A stretch of DNA of 59,978 nt from an uncultured virus (IMG/VR IMGVR_UViG_3300032050_000029) (lineage: Duplodnaviria > Heunggongvirae > Uroviricota > Caudoviricetes): positions 62,001 through 121,978 of the IMG/VR virus record IMGVR_UViG_3300032050_000029, one strand, 5' to 3'. A program made the translations under genes and the position numbers. This document shows positions 9,727 to 17,470 of this stretch, piece after piece. The first letter of the stretch is position 1; every line of letters starts with the position of its first letter. The notes beneath the pieces are model-generated. The model was not told where the DNA came from. It made no database searches and worked only from the letters and a program-made list of their open reading frames with translations.

Positions 9727-9798
9727 CTCCCCGGGGGAATTACGATATCCCGACCCCATGATTAACAGTCATGTGCTCTGCCTCTGAGCTACCGAGGA
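9727..9798 (-). tRNA. tRNA-Asn(GTT), atypical T-arm
   Basis: CATGA-CTGTTAA-TCATG; T-arm GGGATATCGTAATTCCC. Confidence 0.85.
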
Positions 9799-9881
9799 AT
9801 AAAAGTAATAAGCAGAGGCTTTGGGTTAGACACGCCCTAATATTACATAGGAGACCCCTTAGATGCTTACCTATTACTTAG

Positions 9882-9954
9882 TGGTGATGGACGGAATCGA
9901 ACCGCCGACACAAGGATTTTCAGTCCTTTGCTCTACCAACTGAGCTACATCACC
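9882..9954 (-). tRNA. tRNA-Phe(GAA)
   Basis: AAGGA-CTGAAAA-TCCTT. Confidence 0.95.
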
Positions 9955-9959
9955 ATTAG

Positions 9960-10032
9960 TAGTCAATAAAGGACTCGAACCCTTATCTCTTGATCCGTAG
10001 TCAAGTGTTCTATCCAATTGAACTAATCGACT
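9960..10032 (-). tRNA. tRNA-Arg(ACG)
   Basis: CTTGA-CTACGGA-TCAAG. Confidence 0.95.
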
Positions 10033-10037
10033 AAATG

Positions 10038-10111
10038 TGGACCTTGCAGGGCTCGAACCTGCGACCTGCGGATTATGAGTCCGATGCTCTAACCAACTGA
10101 GCTAAAGGTCC
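10038..10111 (-). tRNA. tRNA with CAT anticodon (likely Ile2/lysidine type; elongator Met possible)
   Basis: CGGA-CTCATAA-TCCG; body GGACCTTTAGCTCAG resembles Ile2. Confidence 0.85.
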
Positions 10112-10116
10112 AAATG

Positions 10117-10199
10117 TTGGAAGGGACGGATTCGAACCGCCGTACTCCGAAGAGAGCAGATTTACAGTCTGCCGGTTTTAACCACTCACCCACCTTCCA
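10117..10199 (-). tRNA. tRNA-Tyr(GTA)
   Basis: GCAGA-CTGTAAA-TCTGC with long variable arm. Confidence 0.95.
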
Positions 10200-10321
10200 A
10201 TAAAAGAGAGACTTCGGGTCTTTCGGGCATTCTGTGATATAATCAACACATCTGAATCTCCTAATGCCTTTTTGACAGTCAGCGGGATTAAGACCATATC
10301 ATACAGCTTCACTATCTCTCT

Positions 10322-10396
10322 TGGTGCACCCTGATGGTTTCGAACCACCGACCCTCTGCATGTAAGGCAGATGCTCTCCCACTGAGCTAAGGGTGC
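10322..10396 (-). tRNA. tRNA-Val(TAC), CCA encoded
   Basis: TCTGC-CTTACAT-GCAGA. Confidence 0.95.
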
Positions 10397-10401
10397 ATTA
10401 G

Positions 10402-10482
10402 TACCGAAGAAGGGACTCGAACCCTTAAGCCGTTAGGCACTGGTTCCTAAGACCAGCGTGTATACCATTCCACCACTTCGGC
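10402..10482 (-). tRNA. tRNA-Leu(TAG)
   Basis: CTGGT-CTTAGGA-ACCAG with variable arm. Confidence 0.95.
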
Positions 10483-10582
10483 AAGTTGTAGGATATCGCT
10501 TAACCTACTGTGATTGCGCCTTTCACATTTACATCTTATAGCTACATCCTAAACGGGAAAACTATGATGTACGATTTTTTTG

Positions 10583-10655
10583 TGATCCCGGCGCGGCTCG
10601 AACGCGCGGCCCATACATTAAAAGTGTATTGCTCTACCAACTGAGCTACGAGATC
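10583..10655 (-). tRNA. tRNA-Lys(TTT)
   Basis: ATACA-CTTTTAA-TGTAT. Confidence 0.95.
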
Positions 10656-10659
10656 TTAG

Positions 10660-10733
10660 TGGAGGTAGAGGGATTCGAACCCACGACCCTCTGCGTGCAA
10701 GGCAGATGCTCTAGCCAACTGAGCTATACCCCC
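10660..10733 (-). tRNA. tRNA-Ala(TGC)
   Basis: TCTGC-CTTGCAC-GCAGA; G3:U70. Confidence 0.95.
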
Positions 10734-10805
10734 AAAGTGTAGGTAGCCTTCCTACTGTGTAACCGTACGTGTTACTTTAGGTTATGCATTAACCTCGGCA
10801 TTTTT

Positions 10806-10882
10806 TGGCGGCCCGTACGGGACTCGAACCCGTGACCTTCGCCGTGACAGGGCGACATTGTAACCATCTCTACTAACGAGCC
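10806..10882 (-). tRNA. tRNA-Asp(GTC), CCA encoded
   Basis: TCGCC-CTGTCAC-GGCGA. Confidence 0.95.
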
Positions 10883-10989
10883 AATAAGAGGGTGGCGAAA
10901 GATTTGCGATCCTTCATTTCTACTTCTGAATATGCTGATTAAGTCGACTTCACAGCAGGAATTTCATTTTCGTCTAGATACCACCTTTG

Positions 10990-11064
10990 TTGCGGGGATG
11001 GGAATCGAACCCATGTGGTTCGGCTTATGAGACCGAGCTGGAACCATCTCCAGTCCACCCCGCA
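10990..11064 (-). tRNA. tRNA-Met(CAT), initiator-like
   Basis: TGCGGGGTGG acceptor stem resembles fMet; TCGGT-CTCATAA-GCCGA. Confidence 0.85.
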
Positions 11065-11070
11065 ATGTTG

Positions 11071-11144
11071 TAGTCCGTACGGGGATCGAACCCGTAAGCT
11101 TCTCCGTGAAAGGGAGATGTCCTAACCAATTAGACGAACGGACC
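11071..11144 (-). tRNA. tRNA-Glu(TTC)
   Basis: TCTCC-CTTTCAC-GGAGA. Confidence 0.95.
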
Positions 11145-11156
11145 AAATAATGTTTG

Positions 11157-11229
11157 AGCCTCCGATAGGATTCGAACCTACGACCCACTGATTACAAATC
11201 AGTAGCTCTACCAACTGAGCTACAGAGGC
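11157..11229 (-). tRNA. tRNA-Thr(TGT)
   Basis: ACTGA-TTTGTAA-TCAGT. Confidence 0.95.
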
Positions 11230-11235
11230 AAAATA

Positions 11236-11291
11236 CAGGATACGTTTTGGCTTCAAAGTTGCAGTTTGATAAAATTTGCTGTATGTATCCT
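11236..11291 (-). ncRNA. Putative armless tRNA-like RNA, copy 1
   Basis: AGGATAC/GTATCCT stem + ATACAGCAA + TCAAA-CTGCAAC-TTTGA arm; homologous to 11925-11980. Confidence 0.55.
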
Positions 11292-11293
11292 TG

Positions 11294-11366
11294 TAGGGAA
11301 GACAGGGCTCGAACCTGCGACCCCCTGGTCCCAAACCAGGTGCGCTACCAACTGCGCTACTTCCCT
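11294..11366 (-). tRNA. tRNA-Pro(TGG)
   Basis: CCTGG-TTTGGGA-CCAGG. Confidence 0.95.
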
Positions 11367-11371
11367 ATATG

Positions 11372-11442
11372 TTGCCCCCAAAGGATTCGAACCTCTACAC
11401 TGTGGACCAAAACCACATGTCCTGCCATTAGACGAGAGGGCA
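11372..11442 (-). tRNA. tRNA-Gln(TTG)
   Basis: TGTGG-TTTTGGT-CCACA. Confidence 0.95.
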
Positions 11443-11450
11443 ATTTAAAG

Positions 11451-11536
11451 CGGAAAGAGAGGGATTCGAACCCCCGATACCTCGCGGTATGCCGGTTTTC
11501 AAGACCGGTGTAATCAACCAACTCTACCATCTTTCC
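11451..11536 (-). tRNA. tRNA-Ser(TGA)
   Basis: CCGGT-CTTGAAA-ACCGG with long variable arm. Confidence 0.95.
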
Positions 11537-11546
11537 GTTGGTACCT

Positions 11547-11563
11547 CAATATGTCAAAGAACG
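11547..11563 (-). promoter_or_regulatory. boxA-like antitermination site CGTTCTTTGACATATTG
   Basis: Resembles rrn boxA (TGCTCTTTAACA); near-identical copy at 12365-12381. Confidence 0.7.
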
Positions 11564-11584
11564 AATTTGAAATTCTATTCTAAA

Positions 11585-11615
11585 CAAATATAACTCATTC
11601 AATCTTTTTCTGAAA
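11585..11615 (-). promoter_or_regulatory. SigmaA-like promoter for the tRNA array
   Basis: TTTC-N19-TATATTTG. Confidence 0.6.
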
Positions 11616-11624
11616 GAGACCCAT

Positions 11625-11661
11625 AAAAAAAGCCTCCCGGAATTTTTTATCCAGGAGGCTT
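11625..11661 (-). terminator. Intrinsic terminator (putative attenuator)
   Basis: AAGCCTCCTGGA-8nt-TCCGGGAGGC followed by T7. Confidence 0.85.
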
Positions 11662-11684
11662 AGTATTATAAGTGTTTTATCTTA

Positions 11685-11780
11685 TCAGCTCCTGCCTGGA
11701 CTTGGTGTAATTGAATCCGCCTGCGGAAAATTCTTTTCCACATTACTAAGAATCCAATATGTACATCCGTGCAGTTGCAT
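11685..11780 (-). CDS. Putative leader peptide (31 aa) containing all 20 amino acids
   Basis: MQLHGCTYWILSNVEKNFPQADSITPSPGRS then TGA TAA; A-rich initiation region and TATATATAAAT upstream. Confidence 0.75.
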   Translation of the reverse strand: MQLHGCTYWILSNVEKNFPQADSITPSPGRS

Positions 11781-11846
11781 TGAAATTGTTTTATTTGTTA
11801 TTTATATATACTCACATTGTGTTTGTTTCACATGTGTGAGAATTTG

Positions 11847-11919
<73 letters not shown>

Positions 11920-11924
11920 AGAAA

Positions 11925-11980
11925 CAGGATGCATTGGGTTGTAGTTTACAAGTCTAGTCCAAAGTTGCTGTATGCATCCT
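11925..11980 (-). ncRNA. Putative armless tRNA-like RNA, copy 2
   Basis: AGGATGCAT/ATGCATCCT stem + ACAGCAA + TAGA-CTTGTAA-ACTA. Confidence 0.55.
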
Positions 11981-11983
11981 TTT

Positions 11984-12365
11984 TGGTGGAGGTGATGGGA
12001 TTCGAACCCATGTCCGACTAAGGAACCTAAATCCCTCATTCACAAGCTTAGGCCATTTTTCTTAATGGCCAAAATAAATGGTTCCTATTTTGACATCGTT
12101 ACCAATAACTATGTCGAGTTCACTTATAAGGTAGTACTCTGAACGAGACCTTGAATTCTCATTCTTTTTAATATCTCACGATGAGTGCGAGACTGATTAG
12201 GCTGCTACAGCGTAATCAGCACCAATGAAAGCCATTGCGTCTTCCCAGGTGAATGAAGATTTCTCTTCGCCTTTTATTGTGCGATAGGTGTTTAAGGGTT
12301 TCCATCTAACCCTGCTTGCATCAGTAACCTAATTTCAGCTTAATCGTCAAAACCTGGTCACCCCC
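11984..12365 (-). ncRNA. ssrA: tmRNA
   Basis: 5' GGGGGTGA..GGTTTTGAC; 3' T-arm GGTTCGAATCC..CCTCCACCA with G3:U70; tag ORF ending YAVAA*. Confidence 0.95.
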
Positions 12366-12381
12366 AATATGTTAAAGAACG
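12365..12381 (-). promoter_or_regulatory. boxA-like site CGTTCTTTAACATATTG before tmRNA
   Basis: Contains TCTTTAACA boxA core. Confidence 0.7.
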
Positions 12382-12404
12382 TACCTTTATTTATATAATC
12401 GCGG

Positions 12405-12707
12405 TTAACGATTGTTTACTGGAGCTCTCCAAGATTCCATTTGTTCGCGGCGATTCTTTTGAATCATATCCCATTCCATACGATCATATAGAACATAGGA
12501 ATACTTCCACCCACAGTCATCATCATAGTCAGAATCTTCTTCTACCACAATAGAATGACCAAGGATTTCTTGAAGAGTTTTCCAATCTGTTGGTCTCCAA
12601 TACCCAAAGCGAAGGTAATTATGATTACCGCCACCAAAGATACGGCATACCTCGAATTGCCCTAAGGCATTTTCAATCTGTTTGAGTTTTTCAATTTCTA
12701 TTTTCAT
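12405..12707 (-). CDS. Hypothetical protein
   Basis: ORF in an early-promoter operon. Confidence 0.65.
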   Translation of the reverse strand: MKIEIEKLKQIENALGQFEVCRIFGGGNHNYLRFGYWRPTDWKTLQEILGHSIVVEEDSDYDDDCGWKYSYVLYDRMEWDMIQKNRREQMESWRAPVNNR

Positions 12708-12931
12708 CTTTCTAAAATTACAAAGTTACCAAATTCGCGATCAAATACTTGAAGGAGATGTTCATAATCACCACTCATCATTTCAGTGGTAAGTTCTCCG
12801 CGCCTATTCGGTTGATACCCTAATTGCTTTGCTAAGTTTTGTGCAAGACCAATTAGTGCGAATGCATTTCCATCAGGGCCTGTAAGATCAATTACTATAG
12901 GGCCAGTTCTTTCGTGTTTTTCTCGTATCAT
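12704..12931 (-). CDS. Hypothetical protein
   Basis: IDLTGPDGNAFALIG motif; start MIREK. Confidence 0.7.
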   Translation of the reverse strand: MIREKHERTGPIVIDLTGPDGNAFALIGLAQNLAKQLGYQPNRRGELTTEMMSGDYEHLLQVFDREFGNFVILER

Positions 12932-12932
12932 A

Positions 12933-13139
12933 TTACATGCATTGATAAGTTTCAGACTTAGACCAGTATTCATAGAATGCGGCAGCAGATTCTGTAACTT
13001 CAGTAAGCTTAATACTTTTGAAGTAGACTCGGTTTCCAAAGACAGACTTTAGATTGACCGTATTCTTTGTGCAGTTTGATACCCGGTAGAATCCACCTTG
13101 GTATGTTACGATTGATCCTTTGTTAATTTGATTTTCCAT
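12933..13139 (-). CDS. Hypothetical protein
   Basis: First ORF after the promoter at 13157. Confidence 0.65.
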   Translation of the reverse strand: MENQINKGSIVTYQGGFYRVSNCTKNTVNLKSVFGNRVYFKSIKLTEVTESAAAFYEYWSKSETYQCM

Positions 13140-13156
13140 ATCCGTTTAATTTTATA

Positions 13157-13210
13157 TAAATATAAAACAAATTTTTGGGATTTGAAAATATTTGGGAGAC
13201 TTTTTTCTCT
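13157..13210 (-). promoter_or_regulatory. Early promoter with upstream element shared with 1249-1310
   Basis: AGAAAAAAGTCT..ATTTTCAAATC..TTTGTTTTATATTT present at both loci. Confidence 0.65.
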
Positions 13211-13235
13211 CCAGATGAAAAAAGTTATTAACAAT

Positions 13236-14030
13236 TTAGAATGGCATTGGAGACTCTGCCTTTAACTTTTCTATAAGCTTTCTTGCAATGATTTTGGTTT
13301 CTTTTGCAAATTCACCTTTATCAATCATCCATTCAATATATCTGGAATCTGCTTCATAAACTTCTTTAAAAGGTTTACCTGCCCATTTTCCAAAATTAAA
13401 GATGATTTCTTTTTTCCCGTTAATTTCGGCAAACTTAAACTTACCGCTTAGGTCAACTTGCGTTTGACGAGACTCATTAACCGCTTGGTCAATTTCGGCA
13501 GCAGATCCTGGCATATCATATAGTTTACGTTGTGCCTGGAAGATTTCCATTGTTGCACGAATATCTGCTTCTGCACGGTGTGCACCATCTAAAGTTTTAC
13601 CTGTGTACTTGGTATATGCAGTACTAAGATCTCGTCTTTCGTATTTAGAATAGATTAGGAACGGATCAATAACGGCCTTACCGCGAGGATTAAATACAAG
13701 ACCAGCTCGCATAAATTCTTCAGTAAGCATTGGGATATCAAAGTAAAGTGCATTATAACCACCGAGGTCGCTATCACCTATAAAGTCCATAACTTCTTTG
13801 GCAATATATTCAAACCTATCCTGGTCTTCGAGCATATCTGGTGTGATTCCATGTTTATCAATCGCTTCTTGGCGCCATTCAATACCAGGCCCAGGATTTA
13901 CGAGTGTATAAAAAGATGAGATCTCATTACCTTCAAAATCAGTTTTGATCATACAGATCTCAATAATCCTATCTGTTGCTGTGTTAACACCAGTAGTTTC
14001 TAAATCAAACCAAACAATACTCTTATCCAT
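13236..14030 (-). CDS. DEDDh 3'-5' exonuclease (DnaQ-like)
   Basis: FDLETTG, YNALYFD, HRAEAD; C-terminal FGKW..YIEW. Confidence 0.9.
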   Translation of the reverse strand: MDKSIVWFDLETTGVNTATDRIIEICMIKTDFEGNEISSFYTLVNPGPGIEWRQEAIDKHGITPDMLEDQDRFEYIAKEVMDFIGDSDLGGYNALYFDIPMLTEEFMRAGLVFNPRGKAVIDPFLIYSKYERRDLSTAYTKYTGKTLDGAHRAEADIRATMEIFQAQRKLYDMPGSAAEIDQAVNESRQTQVDLSGKFKFAEINGKKEIIFNFGKWAGKPFKEVYEADSRYIEWMIDKGEFAKETKIIARKLIEKLKAESPMPF

Positions 14031-14115
14031 AATTACTATACTTTTAGTGGAACAATCCGTTAATTTTATATAGTAACCAGATAACTTAGTTTTAGGTTTC
14101 TAAGAAAAAGATTTA

Positions 14116-17100
14116 TTAATTACCTTCGGTAGGAATGAGTACGGCAATTTTTCCAGGTAAACCACTCATTGTAGAATTTAGGTTACCTAAAGTAGTATTA
14201 ATACTTCTAAGAGTTACTGAAAGACCTTTATCTCCGCCTCCACCGCCAGCATTACCATCAGATGTTGTTGTGGTGGTAGCAGTAGAAGTATTACTTTGAT
14301 TTAACGCATCTCTAATGTCTTCGACGGCACTAAGTAATTGAGCATATGCAGCTGCATTGTTACTTAATTCACCTGCGCCCTTAAATAGATTTGCAAATGA
14401 TTCTGCTTTATCTGCATCTATCTTATTAATAGCGGCAGCCATTTTATCCATACCTTCAGCAGCTTTATGAATAAGTCCTTTTCCAGCATTCTTAGATATT
14501 TCAGAAATAAATCCTTGCATATGATCGACCTGGGACTTAAATTTAGGTTTCTCATAGTAATATGTAAATGTATCACCTATTGATGTAAAGATCTCTTTAA
14601 TGCTTTTTGCAATTGCTTGTGGATTCTTAAGATCCGTAAATGCCTGTAAACCTTTTGCAATATTTTCTAATTCTTTACCTGCACCCTTTACATTCTCAAT
14701 ACCTTTTTGAACAAGGTTTTCATCCCAGCTTATACCAAACAGAGAACTTAATCCAGTTGAATCTTCCTGTTCTTTTCCACCTATTGCCATAAATGCATCA
14801 CCTACAAACATAAGGGTATTTTTAATCGTATATCCTAACTTTTCAAAATCAACATTATTAGAAATCATATCTTGAAAAGACTTAAGACCATTTGCAATTA
14901 AATTAAGTTGCTCACCAGCACCCTTTACACTCTCGACACCCTTTTGGACAAGGTTTTCATCCCAGCTAAAAATAAACCACCCATCCTCTTGTTCCATTCC
15001 ACCTATTGAAGCAAAGGCTTCTCCTACAAAGGTAATTGATTTTTTAACAGCACCTGCTAATGTATCCCAGTTAATATTTTGATCAACCATGTCTTGGAAT
15101 GTTTTAAGACCTGTTGCAATATTAGTAAGTTCTTGACCTGCACCCTTTACAGAATCAATACCTTCAGCAACTTTATTCTTTTCAATTCCAAAAAGAGATC
15201 CCATAATTCCACCTGCCTGTACATTACCTTGACTTGCAACCGCAGCAAAAGCTTCGCTAACAAAACCTACGGTATTTGTAACAGCATAACCTAATGTACC
15301 AGGAGCATATCTTCCGTTTGCATCAGGTTGTCCAAATTGAACACCACCATCAATTAATGCCTGGAATGATTTAAGACCCTCTGCGATGTCTTTAAGCGCT
15401 TTACCGGTTCCCATAACTGATTGGATACCTTCCTGTACCTTATTCTGTTTAACATTAAATAAAGTATCAAAGAAACCACCACCTTGGACATTTCCTTCAT
15501 TGGCTACGGCGGCAAAAGCAGTTCTAATAAATCCTACTGTGTTTGTAACAGCATAACCTAATGTACCTTCTTCATAATTACCATTACCATCAGGTTGGCC
15601 AAAACTAACTCCGCTATCAATAAGAGATTGGAATTCTTTTAGGCCTTTGGCAATATCTTTTAATGCTCTACCGGCGCCTAGCACTGAATTAATACCTTCT
15701 TCAACCGCAGTTCTCTTAAATCCAAACATTTGACCAAAGAAAGATGAACTAGGTACCTGTTCGCTTGATCCTGCTAATGCAAATGCAGTAGTAACACCAT
15801 TTAACATTGTTACCAATTCTTTAGATAACTCATCATTCCATCCAACTTCTTTAAACTTATTAAGACCAAATGATAATGTTGTTAATGCAATACCAGCAGC
15901 AGTAAAACCAGCAGCGGCTTCAACCATCCTAACAGCATCGACTGCGCCAGTAATAGCTCCGCCTAATTTAGCAAAAAATCCTTCATCTGCATCGGCATTA
16001 CCTAAGAATGCTGATTTAATACCAACTAAAGTAGTTGTCATAGCAGAAGCATCATCCTCAGTAAAACCTACTGCTTTAAATAAAGCCAAACCACCAGATA
16101 ATACAGCTAAAGATATTCCAACTGCAGCAAATGCTGCAGACCCAGCTAATATAAATAATGCCCCAGCACCAGCCGCAGCAAATTCTAAACCTAATGCTAA
16201 TAGGATACCTGATTGTACACCTACATCTTTCAGAGTCATATCCTCTGTTACCTTGGCAAACGGTAAATATCCAAGACTAAATACAAGTAATCCAAGTCCC
16301 ATAGCAGCAACCCCTATAGCCCCTTTAATTAATTGACTAGCAAGTAATCCAGCCGCAGCAACAGCAGCTCCGACACCAATTAAAATTGCTGATTGTATAC
16401 CTAATCTTTCAAGAGTTATATCTTTTGTTACCATTGCAAACACTAGGTACCCAACAGAAAATACTATTAAGCTCAATCCCATAATTAATAAACCAACCGC
16501 ACCCTTTCTGATTTGCTTATCAAATAATCCTATAAGAGCAAATGCTCCACTTATAAGAACAAGAGTTCCTACCATTGCTAGCAGAATGATTGGGTTTAAT
16601 AAGATAAATAGAGAAGCTAAAGCAAATAGAACTAATCCGGCACTAAAGAAAACTAATGATCTTCCCATTAATAAAAGAGCTCGGGCACCCTGTCTGATTG
16701 GTCTATCAAATTTACCTAATAGTGCAAATGCTCCTGCAAATAATACTACGGTCAGTAATATAACAGGAGCCATAACAATACCTATAATAGAAGCAATTGC
16801 AACTACTACAAGCCCTTTTGCAAATTTAATTAATGAGTCACCCATTAGGCCTAATGCATCGGCGCCTTTACTTATCACTTTACTTTTCTTTCCTATCATT
16901 TCAAATGTAGGAAGTAATATCTTTAATGTAGCTTTAAGTAAAAGAGCACCTACATATCCTGGTATAAGTAAGAATGCAGCCGCAGCCAGCCCTCTTGCAA
17001 ATTTACCTATGTTTGCTGCTATTTTTTCAAATGCTTCTGACCCTTCTTTAATCTTTTTTGTATCTAAATCATCAAAGACAGCCATTATTTCCTTAATGGT

Positions 17101-17454
17101 TGATGAAAATTTTCTAATAGCACCTTTAGGTACTAGCATAAAAGTTAATAGACCGAACGCTAAAGAAGAAGCACCACCACCTAACATTTTGATGGCTTCT
17201 GCTCCTTCTTTAAGTTTATCTTTATCCATAGGTTTACCTCCTACGGATATTGCACCATTTTTCGTATTTGTAGCAATCTGTTTTAATAAATCTGTCTGTA
17301 CTTGTAATTCGGCTACAATTGCTTGACTTAACTGCCCACTACTTCCACCGGCAACAGCAGCAACCACAGCATCTAATTTTGATGCAGTTTCTTCAGTCGA
17401 CTTTGCTATCTTGGTTAGAGGATCCATAAGATCCTTTAAGGTTACTACTGCCAT
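14116..17454 (-). CDS. Probable tape measure protein
   Basis: 1112 aa, Ala/Gly-rich helical repeats with hydrophobic segments, downstream of the tail tube module. Confidence 0.65.
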   Translation of the reverse strand: MAVVTLKDLMDPLTKIAKSTEETASKLDAVVAAVAGGSSGQLSQAIVAELQVQTDLLKQIATNTKNGAISVGGKPMDKDKLKEGAEAIKMLGGGASSLAFGLLTFMLVPKGAIRKFSSTIKEIMAVFDDLDTKKIKEGSEAFEKIAANIGKFARGLAAAAFLLIPGYVGALLLKATLKILLPTFEMIGKKSKVISKGADALGLMGDSLIKFAKGLVVVAIASIIGIVMAPVILLTVVLFAGAFALLGKFDRPIRQGARALLLMGRSLVFFSAGLVLFALASLFILLNPIILLAMVGTLVLISGAFALIGLFDKQIRKGAVGLLIMGLSLIVFSVGYLVFAMVTKDITLERLGIQSAILIGVGAAVAAAGLLASQLIKGAIGVAAMGLGLLVFSLGYLPFAKVTEDMTLKDVGVQSGILLALGLEFAAAGAGALFILAGSAAFAAVGISLAVLSGGLALFKAVGFTEDDASAMTTTLVGIKSAFLGNADADEGFFAKLGGAITGAVDAVRMVEAAAGFTAAGIALTTLSFGLNKFKEVGWNDELSKELVTMLNGVTTAFALAGSSEQVPSSSFFGQMFGFKRTAVEEGINSVLGAGRALKDIAKGLKEFQSLIDSGVSFGQPDGNGNYEEGTLGYAVTNTVGFIRTAFAAVANEGNVQGGGFFDTLFNVKQNKVQEGIQSVMGTGKALKDIAEGLKSFQALIDGGVQFGQPDANGRYAPGTLGYAVTNTVGFVSEAFAAVASQGNVQAGGIMGSLFGIEKNKVAEGIDSVKGAGQELTNIATGLKTFQDMVDQNINWDTLAGAVKKSITFVGEAFASIGGMEQEDGWFIFSWDENLVQKGVESVKGAGEQLNLIANGLKSFQDMISNNVDFEKLGYTIKNTLMFVGDAFMAIGGKEQEDSTGLSSLFGISWDENLVQKGIENVKGAGKELENIAKGLQAFTDLKNPQAIAKSIKEIFTSIGDTFTYYYEKPKFKSQVDHMQGFISEISKNAGKGLIHKAAEGMDKMAAAINKIDADKAESFANLFKGAGELSNNAAAYAQLLSAVEDIRDALNQSNTSTATTTTTSDGNAGGGGGDKGLSVTLRSINTTLGNLNSTMSGLPGKIAVLIPTEGN

Positions 17455-17470
17455 TCATGGAGTTATTTTA

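Noticed and set aside
9669..10990. Theta/HDV-like or hammerhead ribozymes in tRNA spacers
   Set aside because: I could not build the HDV double pseudoknot or find the CUGAUGA/GAAA core by eye; a descriptor search would be needed
14690..15600. Direct repeats within the 1112-aa gene as a DGR or mobile signature
   Set aside because: They are in-frame protein repeats typical of tape measure proteins; no reverse transcriptase in the window
16586..17326. 246-aa plus-strand ORF and other antisense ORFs (e.g. 28879+, 51965+)
   Set aside because: Shadows of stronger minus-strand genes, with no motifs
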